Origin: a virus
Taxonomy: Duplodnaviria; Caudoviricetes
DNA length: 64,000 bases
Strand: one strand, 5' to 3'
Virus record (IMG/VR): IMGVR_UViG_3300024284_000007
Span: 1-64,000 of that record
A program made the translations under genes and the position numbers. The notes under the pieces are model-generated. The model saw only the letters and a list, made by a program, of their open reading frames with translations, made no database searches and had not been told where the DNA came from. This document shows, in pieces, positions 61,593-64,000 of the stretch (position 1 is its first letter; every line of letters starts with the position of its first letter).

Positions 61593-64000
61593 TTACTCAG
61601 TGAATCCGTACTTATCGAGTTCCGCCCGCGCAGCTTCCCGCTCGAAGGGGTTCTCGGAAGTGCGCCAGGTACGGTATGCCTGGCGCATGTGCGCTACCTG
61701 AGTACGCTCCGCGTTCTCAGCTACTGTCGTGACACCCGCCGGGCGCACGTTCTTATTCAGCGCAAGACCTGCCCAGGAGGCGGTCTTGGGGTCGGGGAGA
61801 TCAGCAGCGGCCTCCCAGCGAGCTTCCTGCTCGCTGATGGTCTTGTCCTGCTTCTCGATCTTCTCCAGCAGCGGCGCAATCGCGTCCGCTACCGCGTTCT
61901 TGATGACCTCAGGGTCAATTCCGTCCTTGGCGACCTCGGGCTCGGCACCCTTGATCGCAGGCGGCAGGAAGGTAACCTTGCCTGCATACTGCGGGTCGGC
62001 AGCCAGCTTCTCGATAGCCGCCTGAGCCGCCTTGGCGATATCCGCATCCGGGGCATTCAGCGGCTTGAGTCCCAGCTGCGCCCGCGCCTCATCGACGGAC
62101 ATGATGCCCTTCTCGACGGCATCTGCGAGGAACTGCTGCTGCTTCTGCGCACGCATCCTGCCGAGCTTGGAGCGTGCCTCATCGACGGTGAGCTTGCCGC
62201 TGAGGACCTTCTTGGCGAGCTTCTTGCGCATGCCCTTCTCGATGGACTCGTCGGAGAACTCTCCGCTCAGGGCGGCAGCCATCTCCTTCTCCGCGACCGG
62301 CTCCGGCTTGGCGTCTTCCGCCTTGCCCGCGATCGGGGGGACCGGCGGCTTCTGGTCGATGCGGTAGGCGTCCTGCTCGATCATGGGGCAGCCCTGCGGG
62401 AACTGGTGCTGCAGGTGGTCGTGCATCATAACCAGTGCCCGGCGGGCGTTGTCCTTCTCCATGTGCGCGTAGGTCAAAGAAGTCGGCATGCCGGTCTCGG
62501 ACGGGTACTGCCCGCCGCTCTTCATGAACGAGGGGCTCGGGGACTGGTGCCCGGCGCTGAGCGGGGGACGCCCGAAGGAGCCTGCGCTGGGGGGGGTGTC
62601 CGGGATGGTGGCGGACGTGTTCGGGCTGCCGTAGCCGGGGGAGTTCGCGGCGTGACCTCCCGTGATGACCGGGCGCTTGAACTTGCCGGGAGACATCATG
62701 CCCGGGGTCGGGTAGCTGGTCGGACCGGGGTTCGCGTCCCGGAACGCCTTGTGCAGCTCCAGCCTGAAATCGTTGAGGTCAGCGGCGTTAGCGTTCTTCA
62801 GCGTCTGCACCGCCTGCCAGACCCGGGTCATGAGCATGGCGTTCTCGACGGGACCGCTCGCCGCGTCCACTGCCTTGCGCATCCACAGGTCCTCATCGAG
62901 GAGAGTGGCGAAGTCCGCGAAGGGGTGGTACTTGGCTACCTCGTCCGGGTGGAACGCGGCGCAGCTCAGATCGTGGAGCCTGCCCAGGTCCGCGTCCATG
63001 CCGATGTGCTTGAAGCGCAGCAGCGCGGCGCTCTCCGGGGACATGCCCGCACCCTTGTGGTCGGGGGTGTCCCGCCCGGCGGGCATCGGGGAGTTCTGGT
63101 AGACGCTGGGGTTCGGCATCTCGTCCATGGACGCGGCATCAGAAGCGCCGGAAGCGGACTGCGGAGTACCTGACGGCATGCACTTCTCGGAATGCGCGTG
63201 GTCGAGCTTGCAGGACTCGGGAACTGCCGACTTGTCATCGGCGTCACCATCGTCTTTGCTGCCCTTGCCGTCGTCGTCGGACATCCACGGGGGCATCTTC
63301 TTGCCCTTCTTCTTGGATGCCTTCTTCGCCTCGGGCTCGGAATCCTTCTCCGGGTCCTTGGTCACGTCCGGGGAAGCCTCCTTGGGGGTGACATCTTCCG
63401 CCCCGTCCAGCTTGTCATTGTCGGTATCGGAGAGGGGATTTGCCACACCCAGTTCCTTTGCCCTTCTGGCAATAAGCGCTCGTGCGCCTTCTGCATTGCC
63501 GTGACCGGTGGATGCCAGGTGTGCTGCATTCTGCAGGTCCCCTGCATTCGCGATTGGATAAGAGCCATCGCTGAGCGCATGACCCTGGCTTGCGAGACTG
63601 CGGCGCTCCGCCGTGGTGACATCGCGCTTGTACACTTCGGCTTCGGCGTCATAAAGCGCCTTTGCCGCAAGTTCCTCGTAGTGACCCTCGATGATCTTGG
63701 ACTTCAGGATCTTCGCCAGGTCGTTGGGAGTGAACGTGAGAGACATATCCTCAGCCAGAGCAGGCTCATCGTGGTAATTCACCTTGATGACATCAGCGTC
63801 GGTGAACTTGGCGATGACATCGGAATCCCCGAAGACCTTCCCGGTAAATTCTGGAGAACCGTCATCAGCGGACTTGACCAGCTGGATGCCGCAGGACTTG
63901 TTCGCGGGGCGGTCCACCAGGGAGATCTCCACGATCTGCCCTCCGGTGATGATGCCGCCGCGCGCCTTGCCGGTGACGTCCCTCTCGATGGTGGGACGGG
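61593..64000 (-). CDS. Capsid maturation protease/scaffold fusion (5' end outside the window)
   Basis: EISLVDRPAN protease motif, ERR.LA..G.A..DGSYPI....DL.NA domain, acidic/Pro linker, coiled-coil C-terminus; frame open to window end. Confidence 0.8.
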   Translation of the reverse strand, partial: RPTIERDVTGKARGGIITGGQIVEISLVDRPANKSCGIQLVKSADDGSPEFTGKVFGDSDVIAKFTDADVIKVNYHDEPALAEDMSLTFTPNDLAKILKSKIIEGHYEELAAKALYDAEAEVYKRDVTTAERRSLASQGHALSDGSYPIANAGDLQNAAHLASTGHGNAEGARALIARRAKELGVANPLSDTDNDKLDGAEDVTPKEASPDVTKDPEKDSEPEAKKASKKKGKKMPPWMSDDDGKGSKDDGDADDKSAVPESCKLDHAHSEKCMPSGTPQSASGASDAASMDEMPNPSVYQNSPMPAGRDTPDHKGAGMSPESAALLRFKHIGMDADLGRLHDLSCAAFHPDEVAKYHPFADFATLLDEDLWMRKAVDAASGPVENAMLMTRVWQAVQTLKNANAADLNDFRLELHKAFRDANPGPTSYPTPGMMSPGKFKRPVITGGHAANSPGYGSPNTSATIPDTPPSAGSFGRPPLSAGHQSPSPSFMKSGGQYPSETGMPTSLTYAHMEKDNARRALVMMHDHLQHQFPQGCPMIEQDAYRIDQKPPVPPIAGKAEDAKPEPVAEKEMAAALSGEFSDESIEKGMRKKLAKKVLSGKLTVDEARSKLGRMRAQKQQQFLADAVEKGIMSVDEARAQLGLKPLNAPDADIAKAAQAAIEKLAADPQYAGKVTFLPPAIKGAEPEVAKDGIDPEVIKNAVADAIAPLLEKIEKQDKTISEQEARWEAAADLPDPKTASWAGLALNKNVRPAGVTTVAENAERTQVAHMRQAYRTWRTSENPFEREAARAELDKYGFTE

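Overview
This window is a 64-kb segment of a large, high-GC actinobacteriophage with siphovirus-type morphogenesis genes. No integrase or CRISPR array is visible. There are four blocks. (1) 0.5-12.6 kb, minus strand: DNA metabolism and recombination (RepA-like AAA helicase, RusA, HNH proteins, MT-A70 methyltransferase, class II ribonucleotide reductase NrdJ, PD-(D/E)XK exonuclease, Rad52-like annealing protein, WhiB). (2) 12.8-18.7 kb, plus strand: an RlaP-type nucleotidyltransferase with a Pnkp-type HAD phosphatase, then secreted and membrane cargo genes (ricin-like lectin, lysozyme-like transglycosylase) behind sigma70-type promoters. (3) 18.9-30.6 kb, plus strand: an array of about 46 tRNA and tRNA-like genes, interleaved with Pth2, a GGQ release-factor-like protein, three HNH paralogs, many Cys-rich or single-TM microproteins and at least two unassigned structured RNAs. 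(4) 31.9-64 kb, minus strand: lysis, tail, tape measure, head-tail and capsid genes, with an embedded sugar-biosynthesis and glycosyltransferase set. The most striking signals all concern translation. Two tRNA-Thr genes share a covarying non-canonical cloverleaf. One tRNA gene is circularly permuted, and one lacks a D-arm. The few in-frame TTA (UUA) codons I found sit only at gene ends or junctions and at a 7-nt coding gap in the head-tail adaptor gene (GAU UUA G GAC), which suggests UUA-triggered bypassing or termination. All calls are from manual reading; no searches were run.
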